From NCBI GenBank assembly GCA_964016885.1, contig OZ024742.1, positions 114,204,001 through 114,268,000 of the forward strand: a DNA stretch of 64,000 nt, in the 5' to 3' direction. Origin of the DNA: Eledone cirrhosa (Eukaryota). The position numbers and the translations under genes were made by a program. Below are positions 1-12,140 of this stretch, in pieces (positions within the stretch are counted from its first letter, which is position 1; each line of letters opens with the position of its first letter). The notes beneath the pieces were generated by a model. That model saw nothing but the letters and a program-made list of their open reading frames with translations. It did no database searches and was not told the DNA's origin.

Positions 1-642
1 GCTGCACAATACATACATTGGATAATGTGTAAGCATTTTGACCTGCCCCATCAAAATAATTGGTGGGAGCATCAACCACCTCCCATACTTGAAAAAGATC
101 ACATCTCAATCTTGTGGAACTTTAGCATCCAAACAGACCAAAAAATAGATGCAAACAGACCTGATATAATATTGAAAGACTTTCAAAAGAGGGTATGCCT
201 GCTAATTGATATGTCTGTTCCAATAGACAAGAATGTATCTATAAAAACATTTGAAAAATTGAGAAAGTATAAGGACCTGGAGATAGAAATTGGAAAAAAG
301 TGGAAATTGAGAACTAAAACAATACCAGTGGTTTTAGGCGCTCTGGGAATTATACCTAAGGGGTCTAATGATTACATATCGCAAATCCCAGGAAACCCGC
401 GTATAGGAGAAATACAAAAGATAGTACTAATGGGAACTGCCCATATACTAAGGAAGATTCTGTCAATATAAGTACATCACAAGTCTAAACACTAAAGATG
501 CATGTGTGAATATGTATGTTCTTTCTTGAACATGGCGGACCTTGTTGTCTCTTGAGGTCACTGGTTGTTACTTGGTGATAACTTGTATGAACATAAAGCA
601 AGATAAATGCAACTGTAATAATAATAATAATAATAATAATAA
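1..642 (+). mobile_element. 3' end of R4/Dong-clade non-LTR retrotransposon, copy 1 (REL endonuclease C-terminus, 3' UTR, (TAA)n tail); starts upstream of window
   Basis: ORF 25-471 has the REL motifs RPDIILKD..CLLIDMSVP..K..KY.DL..IPVVLGALG. It ends in (TAA)n at 616-642 and is near-identical to 1518-2161. Confidence 0.85.
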
Positions 643-2161
643 AAACTTACAAATATCTAGGTGTTTGTGAAGGAGACTGAATCAAGCACTCGACAATGAG
701 GGAAAGGATAAGGAAGGAATGTTACCGCAGAGTAAGAGCAATCTTAAGAACGGAATTGAATGCAAGGAATAGGATCGATGCCATAAACACGCTTGCCATA
801 CCAGTAGTAACCTACAGTTGCAATGTCATCAAATGGTCAAGCACAGAGATCCGTAGGCTCGATACAAAAATTCGAAAATTCTTAACCATGCACAGAATGC
901 ATCACCCTAAGGCAGATATAGATAGAATATATCTCCCTAGGAAAGAAGGAGGACGTGGGTTAATCCAGTTAGACATTGCGTTGAAAACTGCAACAATTGG
1001 ATTATCTACATATCTAAGGGAATCACATGATTGGATGATCAAACTCGTTTTGAAACACGAAAGCATCAAAAGATCATATTCCATTACAAAAGATGCACAC
1101 AGATACAGTAATGGACTACACATTTCAGAAGTCCCATTTACTGCTGAAATGGAAAACACAGAAAAAGCATAGCAGGTAAAAGTAACTGCAAAGAAAGAAC
1201 TGCTACAGAAACTGGCTAAGAAATGGCAAGAAAAGCCTCTGTATGGAAAATACCCAGAGCGAGCTAACAATCCTGACGTTGACAAAACTTTTACCCATCA
1301 GTGGTTGGCATCCTCTGGACTGAAATCGGAGACTGAAGGACTGATTATATCGGCACAAGATCAGTGTCTGCCAACAAAAAATTACCAAGCCAACATAATA
1401 AAAAATGGGTGCAGCCCATTATGCCGTGTATGCAAAACACAACCAGAGACCATTGACCATATAATTTCAATGTACAGTCCTATAGCTCCAACCGAATACC
1501 TAAACAGCCATGACAGAGCTGCACAATACATACATTGGATAATGTGTAAGCATTTTGACCTGCCCCATCAAAAGAATTGGTGGGAGCATCAACCACCTCC
1601 CATACTTGAAAAAGATCACATCTCAATCTTGTGGAACTTTAGCATCAAAACAGACCGAAAAATAGATGCAAACAGACCTGATATAATATTGAAAGACTTT
1701 CAAAAGAGCGTATGCCTGCTAATTGATATGTCTGTTCCAATAGACAATTATGTATCTATAAAAACATTTGAAAAATTGAGCAAGTATAAGGACCTGGAGA
1801 TAGAAATTGGAAAAATGTGGAAATTGAGAACTAAAACAATACCAGTGGTTGTAGGCGCTTTGGGAATTATACCTAAGGGGTCTAATGATTACTTATCGCA
1901 AATCCCAGGAAACCAGCGTATAGGAGAAATACAAAATATAGTACTAATGGGAACTGCCCATATACTAAGGAAGATTCTGTCAATATAAGTACATCACAAG
2001 TCTAAACACTAAAGATGCATGTGTGAATATGTATGTTCTTCCTTGAACATGGCGGACCTTGTTGTCTCTTGAGGTCACTGGTTGTGACTTGGTGATAACT
2101 CGTATGAACATAAAGCAAGATAAATGCAACTGTAATAATAATAATAATAATAATAATAATA
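642..2161 (+). mobile_element. 5'-truncated R4/Dong-clade non-LTR retrotransposon, copy 2 (RT C-terminus, zinc knuckle, REL endonuclease); pseudogenised
   Basis: One reading frame runs 642-1988: KTYKYLG (RT motif), RIYLPRKEGGRGL, ETEGLIISAQDQ, CRVC-x8-H-x4-(C>Y), then REL. In-frame stops at TGA 678-680 and TAG 1170-1172. (TAA)n lies on both sides. Confidence 0.88.
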
Positions 2162-2235
2162 GTAATGAATGGTATGTATATCACTATTCCATTTATTACT
2201 GTTATGAGCATAATTCTCCAGATAAATTGCTTATA

Positions 2236-2740
2236 TATATTAAAATAACAGATTCAAGTTTAAGCAAATAATTGCTGCTTTCACCCTTAACGGGATCTTC
2301 TGAAACTAAAAATGTCAATCTGTGAACGCAGAAATAAATATTTCAAAAAATGTTGCAACCAAAGGAAGACAGGAAGACGATACTTTGGTTCGAGAAAACG
2401 TTCCCTGGCAAAGAACTGAAAAAAACGAATATAATACGTCATTATTTTTTGCGGTGAAAACTATTACACGCAAACACAAAACCACGTTTATGGTATAAAT
2501 GAAGTTGTAGACTAATATTCTGTTAGTGGGCTCATGGAGACGTTCTCTGGCAATGAACGGAAAAACGAATATAATACTTCATTATATGGACCGGTGAGAA
2601 CAATAACACGCAAATACAAAACAACGTAAATTGTATAGCTGAAGTCGTAGACTAAAATTCTATTTAGGAAACCGAATGATTCTAGGCTTCAGAGTTAAGA
2701 ATAAAGTAAATTAAATACAGAGGTAATTGAAATAAATATA
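2236..2740 (-). repeat. Diverged copy of the 9393-10451 repeat family, with a degenerate hammerhead-like motif at 2273-2306
   Basis: Collinear similarity to 9396-9890 (ctttcacccttaacgggatcttctgaaactaa, ggaagacaggaagacgatactttggttcg, gtcgtagactaa). Confidence 0.75.
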
Positions 2741-3389
2741 TACATACACTCGTGCTTTGAAAGTCATACGGGGTGCGAGTGGTTATGCTAGAAATAATTC
2801 AGACGCAGAATTGACTGTGTTTACTTCTACACACATTAATATTATAATGCTCAGTATTTATACTTTGAGCTTGTTAATTGCAGGGTATCAATATGAGTTA
2901 ATAACTCTATATTTTCTTTGTATTTCGGCTCCTTATCTGTTGAACTTATAAAAATGAGTGTACATGGCCTATTATTTCTAACATAACCACTCGCTTCATG
3001 TATGACCTTCAACGCAAGAGGAATAAACTTCCGTGAGTTTCTTGTTATTGGTGTTCTGTATCATTTACTCTTATCTCTCGCTGACGAAATGCCTAAGGAT
3101 TACTTGTTACAAACACAATGTCTTCAGGGTGAAACAGATTAAATATTTAGTCTGTTCGAGAGATGAAATCGTTATTGATACGGTATGTATAAGAAATATT
3201 GTACCATGCATGCTTCAGTTTAAATATATATAATATTTGTGGTGAAATCTACCCTCGTAATTTTAGACGAAGAATTTACTGTGTTTACTTCGACACATAT
3301 TAATATTATAATGCTCAGTATTTATACTTTGAGCATGTTAATTGCAGGATATTAATATGAGTTAATAACTCTATATGTTATTTGTATAT

Positions 3390-3890
3390 ATATATATATG
3401 TATATATATATACATAAATGGGAAATTCTGTCTATATGTTTGTGAACCTAAAACTAAAAAAATACGATGAAACTTGACACGTGTGTGGGGCACATGCCCA
3501 TTTGATGTTATACGTACATTAAATTTAAAAAATCGATAGTTTCCTGTATGCATCGATTTTAAAAAATGAACGGGAAATGTTGTATGCAATGCTCATACGA
3601 ATGTTATATTCTGCCATAACTTTTGAAGCTCTCAACCGAATTCCAACAAACTTGAAACACATATACAATCTGTGCTAAGGGTGGCTTTTTGCTAAGGAAA
3701 ATTATCCAGACCACTCGAGCAAAGCGTAAGGTGTTTTTGATTAACTGATGAGTGAAATTTTGCTTAAGCTGCCCTGGGCTTAAAACTCCATAAATCAACT
3801 TAATATTCTCTGCTTGCTGTAACATTTATTTTGGTCTGAGAGGCATTGGGCATTTTAATGGGAACTGGGAATACCGAGTATCTCAGCTAG
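3390..3890 (+). mobile_element. Possible non-autonomous Helitron
   Basis: Ends ...ccgagtatctcagCTAG|t (3887-3890). The 5' part (TA-rich, then aaattctgtctatatgtttgt) resembles Helitron-N 5' ends. The exact 5' TC was not identified. Confidence 0.35.
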
Positions 3891-4289
3891 TCCGTCAGAT
3901 ACCTCTGAGTAACCATCTAGCAATATGTGGTCAAAAAATATTTATAATATTTCCATTCTACAAATTAGACAGCCCAATTGAATTCAAGAGAAACATTAAA
4001 GAATAGAATGTTATTGATAAATTCCAACCCAAAATAAATGTACAATATTAATACTTAGCGGTATTACTCCTACTATGACTACGCCTACGACCATGTCGAC
4101 TACCCTCACTAACAACAAAAACAACAATAATAATAATAAAATTGATGTTGATGGTGATGATTACTGAATACTTTTTAATAAAAACACTAGAAAATGCTAT
4201 TTCCATCCTTTCTAAAAATAGCAAAACAATTAATGCTTTGGATAGGGTCAAATAGAAGTAGTTAGACATGCTCAACCAACCGTAACGCC

Positions 4290-4460
4290 TAAACCAATCA
4301 GCTTTAGTAATCCAGTGAAACTACACACCGATTGGTCGAAATTCAGTTTGCAAAACTTAGCATTCTGTAGCCGCTTTTCACTGTGTATAAGGCAGACAAT
4401 TTACCCATTTCATTTCAGTTAACAATTACAAACTTGTCTGTCACCACAGAATATGAACCA
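4290..4460 (+). promoter_or_regulatory. Possible Pol II core promoter (two CCAAT boxes, TATA-like box, Inr)
   Basis: CCAAT 4294-4298, ATTGG 4331-4335, TATAAG 4386, and TCAGTT 4415-4420 with its A 31 nt after the TATA start. ATG at 4453. Confidence 0.25.
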
Positions 4461-4557
4461 GGAGATTGCGAAAGCAGGAAAGTACTTGTTCAATTAACAC
4501 TTAACATTTAATATTCTACCATACTATTTCATTATAATATCATTATCATTTTAAAGG

Positions 4558-4606
4558 ATTGTAAATAAAACGAGTAAATCAGACAAAGTTGGAATTCCTT
4601 TTATTA

Positions 4607-4655
<49 letters not shown>

Positions 4656-4696
4656 TAAAAGGAATTCCAACTTTGTCTGATTTACTCGTTTTATTT

Positions 4697-4701
<5 letters not shown>
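4558..4701. repeat. Perfect 51-bp inverted repeat with a (TA)n loop
   Basis: 4558-4608 is the reverse complement of 4651-4701. Confidence 0.9.
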
Positions 4702-4772
<71 letters not shown>

Positions 4773-4814
4773 AGAAACATAAGTCAATTGCATGAACTCA
4801 AAATCCTTTATTTA

Positions 4815-4868
4815 CTGCTATATATATTTCGATGATAGCCATTGAATGGCTATGACCTCATCAGGCAG
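4815..4868 (-). ncRNA. Type I minimal hammerhead ribozyme (family A)
   Basis: Minus strand: ctgc CTGATGA ggtcatagccattcaatggctatcatc GAAA tatataTA gcag. Stem I is ctgc/gcag, stem II atagcca/tggctat, loop III is palindromic, and the cleavage triplet is AUA. Confidence 0.85.
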
Positions 4869-5169
4869 TTAGTCAGTTCTTAGATATGCCAGCTCTCTGT
4901 TTATGGTGTTGATGGTATCAGAGCCTTGGGACATATGAGCTTGTTAGGAATAATTTAATGTTGTCATCAGGAATAATCTTATATATATATATATATAATA
5001 TGTATGATTAATTATTGTAATTAGTACGTTTATTTTATGTTCTTAATGATATAATCTTAAATGTCGGCCTATGGACTTTTATTTCTTGAATATTTATACC
5101 AAGATATTATCACATTTTATATGCATATATATATATATATGTTGACTGGTTAATTATTTGTGTTTGTTT

Positions 5170-5427
5170 AAATAACAGCTGGTCGAGAGCTTATTGAAAG
5201 TTAGCGGAAATTATAATATTTCCTTTGTCTAACACTTTGAATGACGCGCCAAAAACCGGGGGTTATTTCCCATGGTGCAAATAACACGTGACAACTAAAT
5301 GTCCGTTTCGCTGCTGCCAGCTGCAACGTTTAGTATCTCGCCCCGTAATTTGGTAGAACGAAATTCTCTTGATGAAATGAATCCTCTATTCGATCATGAA
5401 TACCACGAGCTTGCCAGTTACGTAAGT
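5170..5427 (+). promoter_or_regulatory. CpG-rich promoter-like segment and candidate first exon (ATG 5299 to GTAAGT donor at 5422)
   Basis: TTTGAA 5236-5241 (CHR-like), GCGCCAAA 5246-5253 (E2F-like), CACGTG E-box. A 41-codon open frame MSVSLLPAATFSISPRNLVERNSLDEMNPLFDHEYHELASY ends exactly at a phase-0 GTAAGT. No downstream coding exon was found. Confidence 0.35.
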
Positions 5428-5693
5428 CTGATATTTGATTTCGGATTTCATAGAAACACTTTAAACGTATAACGTTTGATTTGTCCAGGTGTATTTTTTC
5501 TCAACCTGTTAGTTCTTTCGTTACTTTGGTATTGTGTGTTAGATTTTGCCTACCACAATGTTCAATTTGTCAAGCTACTTAAACATATGTTATTACTCTA
5601 AGGACCTACCTTGTCGAGTGCTTTGCTAACTCATTCATATAGTAGGTCGAATTTGCTTGCACACCGCCAAGGATTCGATTTTACTAAGCCTCC

Positions 5694-5771
<78 letters not shown>

Positions 5772-6137
5772 AATGGTAGCTATGGTGCTTCCATAGGCGG
5801 TATGCCAAAATTATAATACGCAATAAACTGAGTCCAGATGCATCACTTACTTTTCGTTTTTTTATACTATATATATATTGTTATATAATAAACAACATAA
5901 GGTAATTATTTCATTTACCAGTGGCTTTTTGAAAGCAAACAAATTTTATTACATAGAGCACTCTTTTTTCCTGGATCTTTCCGACGGAATTACTTCATTT
6001 ATACACACACACACACACACGCACACACACATATATATATATATATATATACCTGCGTGATATACATGCGAAACAAGAGAGTAACATGAGTCACTATTTA
6101 ACCTATACACATATGTGTATCTATATATATATATATA

Positions 6138-6182
6138 TGGGAAAATAGTCAGGACCCCTGCGGCTGAGCTCCGGCCGTTTCT
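6138..6182 (-). repeat. Short fragment of the family B (variant-HHR) element end
   Basis: ggacccctgcggctgagctccggccgtttc resembles 12707-12736. Confidence 0.55.
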
Positions 6183-6990
6183 ATTTAGTGAGAGAGGTTG
6201 TGAGAGGGAGAGATATAGAGTCAGAAAACAGAGATCTAGCTAGAGAGGTAGATCGTTTGATGGATCTATATGCGTATGTGTGTGATAAAGCTTACTACTC
6301 CGTTGAACCCCGCAACTTAATGGTTTGATAAAAATGATCTACTGCGTATCTTGGCACAAACATTAAATTGAGTCAACATGATTAATGAAATATCTTCAAG
6401 CGCGTGCCTCTACATGTTTGTACTTTTATGATTGAAACAAGTTAGTTATATACCAACATATATTTTACGTAGTTTGAATGATTTAGAATTTTAAATCTAT
6501 GGAACAGTTAAGCATTTAACATTTGTGTTTAACTACAAATCTGAAACAATTACTACAAATTCCATAGACAAACACACGAGAACATTTATGTATCCATGCT
6601 AACAATACTAGGCAAATATCTATCGAATTACTATAACTCTTAAAATGTAAGTCGATGAATATCTAAGGCTCCTATTTAACTAAAATTGGAATATTCACGT
6701 TTATATTTAGTTTTAGGACAGAAATATGCTGGGTCATGCTTCAGAATCTTTCTAAAGTAATTACGAAGTGAAATAATATTATTAAAAACATTTTCCTGCC
6801 AAAAGATTAGATTCTGAAATACATTTTATGACGTGTTCTGGTTTTTTAAATGGTACACACCAATGTTTGCTATGATTTATATTAAAAACACCACTCTCAT
6901 GTAATCTAACTTAATCTATTCTAAGCGAATCATATACGTACTACTAAAATATACTCATTCACAGAAAGGTTTAATGTACTTCGATAAGAA

Positions 6991-7053
6991 GATGTGTTGG
7001 TAGCACAGTAGTCTGGATAATGAAAGATGTGGGTTCAACTCCCATGTACGCCA
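6991..7053 (+). pseudogene. tRNA-like relic or tRNA-derived SINE head
   Basis: T-arm and B-box gtggGTTCAACTcccat, ending ...acgcca. No full cloverleaf is discernible. Confidence 0.3.
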
Positions 7054-7422
7054 ATACTCATCGTTTCCCTTTTTTAGAGTGATTTAAAACCCAATATCAA
7101 GCTAAAGTATATTTACATATATATAATTTAGGGCGAGAATAAATGTGTTTCGTGTTATTATACCGTCCTATATATTATTAGAAGGAATCCTCTTGTTAGT
7201 AATACTTGGAATGAGGGTTACGTTGGAACAGCTGCAACATCCTTATATTGGGATTAGTTGTGATAAGTCTTCTACCAGAAAAAGAAAATAACAATGTTCA
7301 CCTTATATAGTGGATATAGTTATATTAGACTAACAACAGTATTGGTTTGACCGTAAGTCGCTAGAAACAAGTACAAACAAATACACACAACCACGCACGC
7401 GCACACACACACACACACACAT

Positions 7423-7484
<62 letters not shown>

Positions 7485-8995
7485 CTGATATGCCGGGTTT
7501 GAGCGATCCAATTGGAGTTCACGCCATTAGTTTATCTCAAAGAATTAGTGTTTAGGAGTGATTGAGTATTCAATTATCATAATTGCTTTGTTGCATGATT
7601 TATACTTATGTGACATGCTTATGCATGTGATTTCTATTCAATCATAGGTGTAGTTATGCAATCATTGGTCATGTATACCATCTAGTTTTGATGCCAGTAG
7701 ACACAAAAGTCGTTTAACTTCTAAAGGTCTAGTATTAGATGCATCAGCCTTCTGATTCATTTGTAGGCACCAGGTAAAGTTCTTACACTTAATTTTTTAC
7801 AGATTTACTGCCACACCGCAGCTTGTAGTCTATTACATCTTTCGTAGTCCGTAGTTATCGTTATCATCATATCTTCTTTGCCGTAGTTTAGAGCAAACTG
7901 TCACCAGTAAGTCTATCTAAGAGGACAGGATATCCAAGGATATGCAGCTTGCTTTGATGATAGCTGTATCACTGCTGTTATTGTCAATGCGATTAACAGC
8001 TACAATGACAAAACAAAAAAAATATATATAACAAGACCATTTAGAATAAAGGAAGACATTGATGGTGATGCTAGAAATAATACTACCACGGTTACCTATA
8101 TTATATATCAAACATTAAATAAATATATATAATTATATAAAATACCATATATTACATGTAATATCAGTGGTGACATTAAATCTACTATTACAAGTGGTCA
8201 AATATAGATGTAAACAACGATAATGATTATTCCAATAATTAGATAAATATTGATAATTATAATACTACATGTAATACCAATAGTTATAATAATAATTGTC
8301 GTCATGCTGGTAATGACAATACATGGGTATATAATAATGGTACATGTGAAAAAATAAAAGCAATAATTAATACTCAAAGTACAGTAGAAGTACAATCAAT
8401 CCGCTATGAGATAATGCATATATGTGTATTAATAAAGAGACCAACAAAGAGATGACAATGATAACATTGTTGACGACCACACCATTGATTATACAAGTAG
8501 CAATAGTGGATATAAATGTAGTAGTAATAATAACATACATAAAAACAAATTTGAAGACAAAACGTTTATTAGTTGTAATATATAACGGGCAGTAAGTAAA
8601 ATAATTTGCTTGATTCTTAAATACTAATGCACTATAAATTAATATTATAGGAATACAATTAGAGCACTATTAATTTAATAATACTTATTCCCAATAATAA
8701 CATTAATAGAATATATTAAGAAAACAATACAAAAATTATGTAAGCTTAATTCAGTAATAAAGTCGCAATCACTAGAATAATTTCTAGTTATTAAGAAATA
8801 ATTTGGGCAACATAAACTGTATTAAAATAGAAGAGAAAGGATTATTTGAGGAACTGATTTATAAGTGTACAGTAAGTTAAATGCATTCAACTATAATTCT
8901 GTGCATTCCTATTTAAATGCACAAACGCACACACAAAAATATATACATATATATACATATACATGGTTATATGCACCCAGATGCATACGTATGCA

Positions 8996-9045
<50 letters not shown>

Positions 9046-9049
9046 TTTG

Positions 9050-9262
9050 AGTATATGTTGGTTGTTTACCGACACCTAAGTATGCACATTGGAGCACACG
9101 ACGAAGTTCGTCAGAGAAATAGCAACCCAACCAGGAACTGGGCATATTGGAGTATTAAAAACATGTGTACCCGTCACTACCACGCCAATACGGACTGCTT
9201 GATGAGGTCACAGCCAATTAACGAAACCATATTTTAAATATTTGACTTAATTATTTTATTGT
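9050..9262 (+). repeat. Degenerate, internally deleted family A Penelope-type terminal fragment
   Basis: Shares aacccaaccaggaactgggcatat and ctgc(t)tgatgaggtcacagcca with 12137-12640 and 42240-42640. Confidence 0.65.
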
Positions 9263-9267
9263 ATATA

Positions 9268-9310
<43 letters not shown>

Positions 9311-9392
9311 ATAATAATAAAATTGAAGACTAAAATCCAAAGAGGGCTCGATAAGGAAAATATATATCAAATATATAAGAACCGTAGAGCAA

Positions 9393-10451
9393 ATATTTAT
9401 TAAAATAACGGATTAATGTTTAAGCAAAGAATCGTTGCTTTCACCCTTAACGGGATCTTCTGAAACTAACAAAGTCAATCTGTAAACGCAGAACTGGATA
9501 TTTCAAAAAACGTTGCAACCGGAGGAAGACAGGAAGACGATACTTTGGTTCGTGGTAACGTTCGCTGGCAAAGAACGGGAAAAAACGAATAATACGTCAT
9601 TAATAGGAGCGGTGAAAAACAATTACGCGCAAAGATAAAACCACGATTATGGTATAAAAGAGGTCGTAGACTAATGTTCTCTTAGGTGCTTCATAGAGAC
9701 GTTCTCTGGCAATGAACGAAAATACGAAGATAATAACTCATATGTGGAGCGTGGAGAACAAAAGCTATGTAAATGGTATAGCAGAAGTCGTAGACTAAAT
9801 TTCTAACTAGTAGACCAAATGAATCTCCGCTACAGAGTTAAGAACAAAGTAAATAAATACAATACAGAAGTAATAGAAACAAATAAATACATACACGCAA
9901 ACAGATACGTACATACACAAGCATACGCAAAACCTTACCATAGGTATACAAAACCACGCACATATAAATATGTGTGTGTGTGTATGCTTGTGTACAAATA
10001 AATAAATAATTATATAAACGTATATAAGTAAATAAGTACGTATATAACAAGCGCACACACACACACCTACATATAAATACGCGAATGTTCGGAGACGTAA
10101 GTCAACTAAAACAGGAAGTACGCATATACACACACCCACCATACGTACGAACCTGCATACTCACTCGGACGCAAAACTCCCGTATACACATAGCCAAACC
10201 CTAAATACCAGAATATGTAAAAATGATACGCCATAACAGTCAAATATACATACTTACGAGAAGGTATACATACCTTCACAAAACATATGGGTAATATATA
10301 CTTACCTATGCAAATAAGTAAAGGAATAAACAAAACATATACTTAGCTCCCACATCAAGACGTAAAATATCCACGTAGTTTCAGAAGATCCCGTTAAGGG
10401 TGAAAGCAGCGATTCTTTGCTTAAACTTTAATCTGTTATTTTAATAAATAT
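9393..10451. mobile_element. ~1.06-kb non-coding element with ~75-bp inverted termini, each carrying a degenerate HHR-like motif (CAGAAGA tccc gttaa gggt GAAA)
   Basis: 9393-9468 is the reverse complement of 10376-10451. (TA)n lies on the right. Confidence 0.7.
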
Positions 10452-10601
10452 ATATATATATATATATGTAGATAAATCTACCAAGAGTTTACGGTAGTGT
10501 CCAATCCGTATGAAGAACTCAATGTATTCCGGATATCATGGAAAGAAGAGATGTAATGAAAATCCACTTTCGGTGAAAGATAAACGGTATACAGAGTCAA
10601 G

Positions 10602-10712
10602 ATAAAATATTAAACAAATAATGAACAAACAATTCCTTATATTAAACAAAAAAAGTTCACTTTTTTTGTTTAATATAAGGAATTGTTTGTTCATTATTTG
10701 TTTAATATTTTA
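10602..10712. repeat. Perfect ~55-bp-arm DNA hairpin with a 2-nt loop
   Basis: ataaaatattaaacaaataatgaac...aaaaaaagt-tc-actttttttg...tttaatattttat. Confidence 0.9.
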
Positions 10713-11005
10713 TATATATATATATATAAATGTAAGTATGCATGTATACGTACATACATATATGTATACAGACGTACAGTAGCATGCACATATATATATA
10801 TATATACATATATATATACATATGCATACAGGTACACATACATATATGCACGTATCAGTTTAGCGGCGCTAACGTCGCTTTGTTCGTTTGTAAACAAACT
10901 GAACAGCCTGAATTTATGCCATACGGTGTTAAGTAATGCATACTTACATTTAAGTAAGTGCCATACTAAGAGTGAGAAATGAAATTTCGTTTTCATTTTG
11001 TTTCA

Positions 11006-11065
<60 letters not shown>

Positions 11066-11421
11066 GGAAAAAATGAAACGATATTTCATTTCCCACTCTT
11101 AGTACGGCTGTTACTTAAATACTTAAATATAAGTATGTACACGTGCATACATATATGTATACAGACTTACAGTAGTATGTATATATATCTACATACATGC
11201 ACACATATATATATGCCCGTATGGATTCACCGAACATTTATTATAATGCTCGGTGTGTTTGTAAACAAACATAGAGTGGGAAATGAAATATCGTTTCATT
11301 TTTTCCGTTTATCGTTTTCGGTGCACCCGGCCGATTAACCCACTCAATATGCAAATTGGCTACTCAGCCGTTAATATGCATAAGGTAAGTATATACGTTC
11401 AACAATCTGGCAGGAAGGTAT

Positions 11422-11464
11422 ACGTTGCTGACGATAGCTAACAAGCTTGAAACTAGTACAGCGT
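11422..11464 (+). ncRNA. Type I minimal hammerhead ribozyme (family C)
   Basis: acgttg CTGACGA tagctaacaagctt GAAA ctagTA cagcgt. 6-bp stem I, palindromic CTAG stem/loop III, GUA triplet. The first stem II position is a U-U mismatch. Confidence 0.8.
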
Positions 11465-11843
11465 TCCTTTGTCAGTGTTGAACAAACGAACAACGGTGGT
11501 TGCTAGACACTACGGCTTAATACGGGATGTTTGTTTACAAACACACCGAGCATTATAATAAATGTTCGGTGAATCCATACGTGCATATATATATATGTGT
11601 GCATGTATGTATATATATATACATACTACTGTACGTCTGTATACATATATGTATGCACGTGTACATACTTATATTTAAGTAACAGCCGTACTAAGAGTGG
11701 GAAATGAAATATCGTTTCATTTTTTCCGTTTATCGTTTTCGGTGCAATCGGCCGATTAACCCATTCAATATGCAAATTGGGCTACTCAGCCGTTAATATG
11801 CATAAGGTAAGTATATACGTTCAACAATCTGGCAGGAAGGTAT

Positions 11844-11886
11844 ACGTTGCTGACAATAGCTAACAAGCTTGAAACAAGTACAGCGT
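11844..11886 (+). ncRNA. Family C HHR, second tandem copy, core mutated
   Basis: CTGACAA replaces CTGACGA, and GAAAcaagTA replaces GAAActagTA. Confidence 0.6.
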
Positions 11887-12087
11887 TCCTTTGTCAGTGT
11901 TGAACAAACGAGCAATGGTGGTTGCTAGACACTACGGCTTGATACGGGATGTTTGTTTACAAACACACCGAGCATTATAATAAATGTTCGGTGAATCCAT
12001 ACGTGCATATATATATGTGTGCATGTATGTATACATATATACATACTACTGTACGTCTGTATACATATATGTATGCACGTGTACATA

Positions 12088-12136
<49 letters not shown>

Positions 12137-12140
<4 letters not shown>

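Larger units (their letters stand above)
11062..12091 (+). mobile_element. Family C element: inverted partial copy (11062-11272) plus two tandem ~421-bp units (11273-11693, 11694-12091), each with an HHR
   Basis: Direct repeat starting agagtgggaaatgaaatatcg. 11062-11270 is the reverse complement of ~11535-11731. A diverged relative lies at 10715-11005 and the same family recurs at 23700-24350. Confidence 0.85.

Noticed and set aside
678-1172. TGA and TAG in the Dong frame as programmed readthrough
   Set aside because: The copy is 5'-truncated and also has a mutated zinc knuckle, so simple decay is more likely.
6991-7053. Functional tRNA gene
   Set aside because: Only the T-arm and B-box are recognisable; acceptor and anticodon stems do not form.
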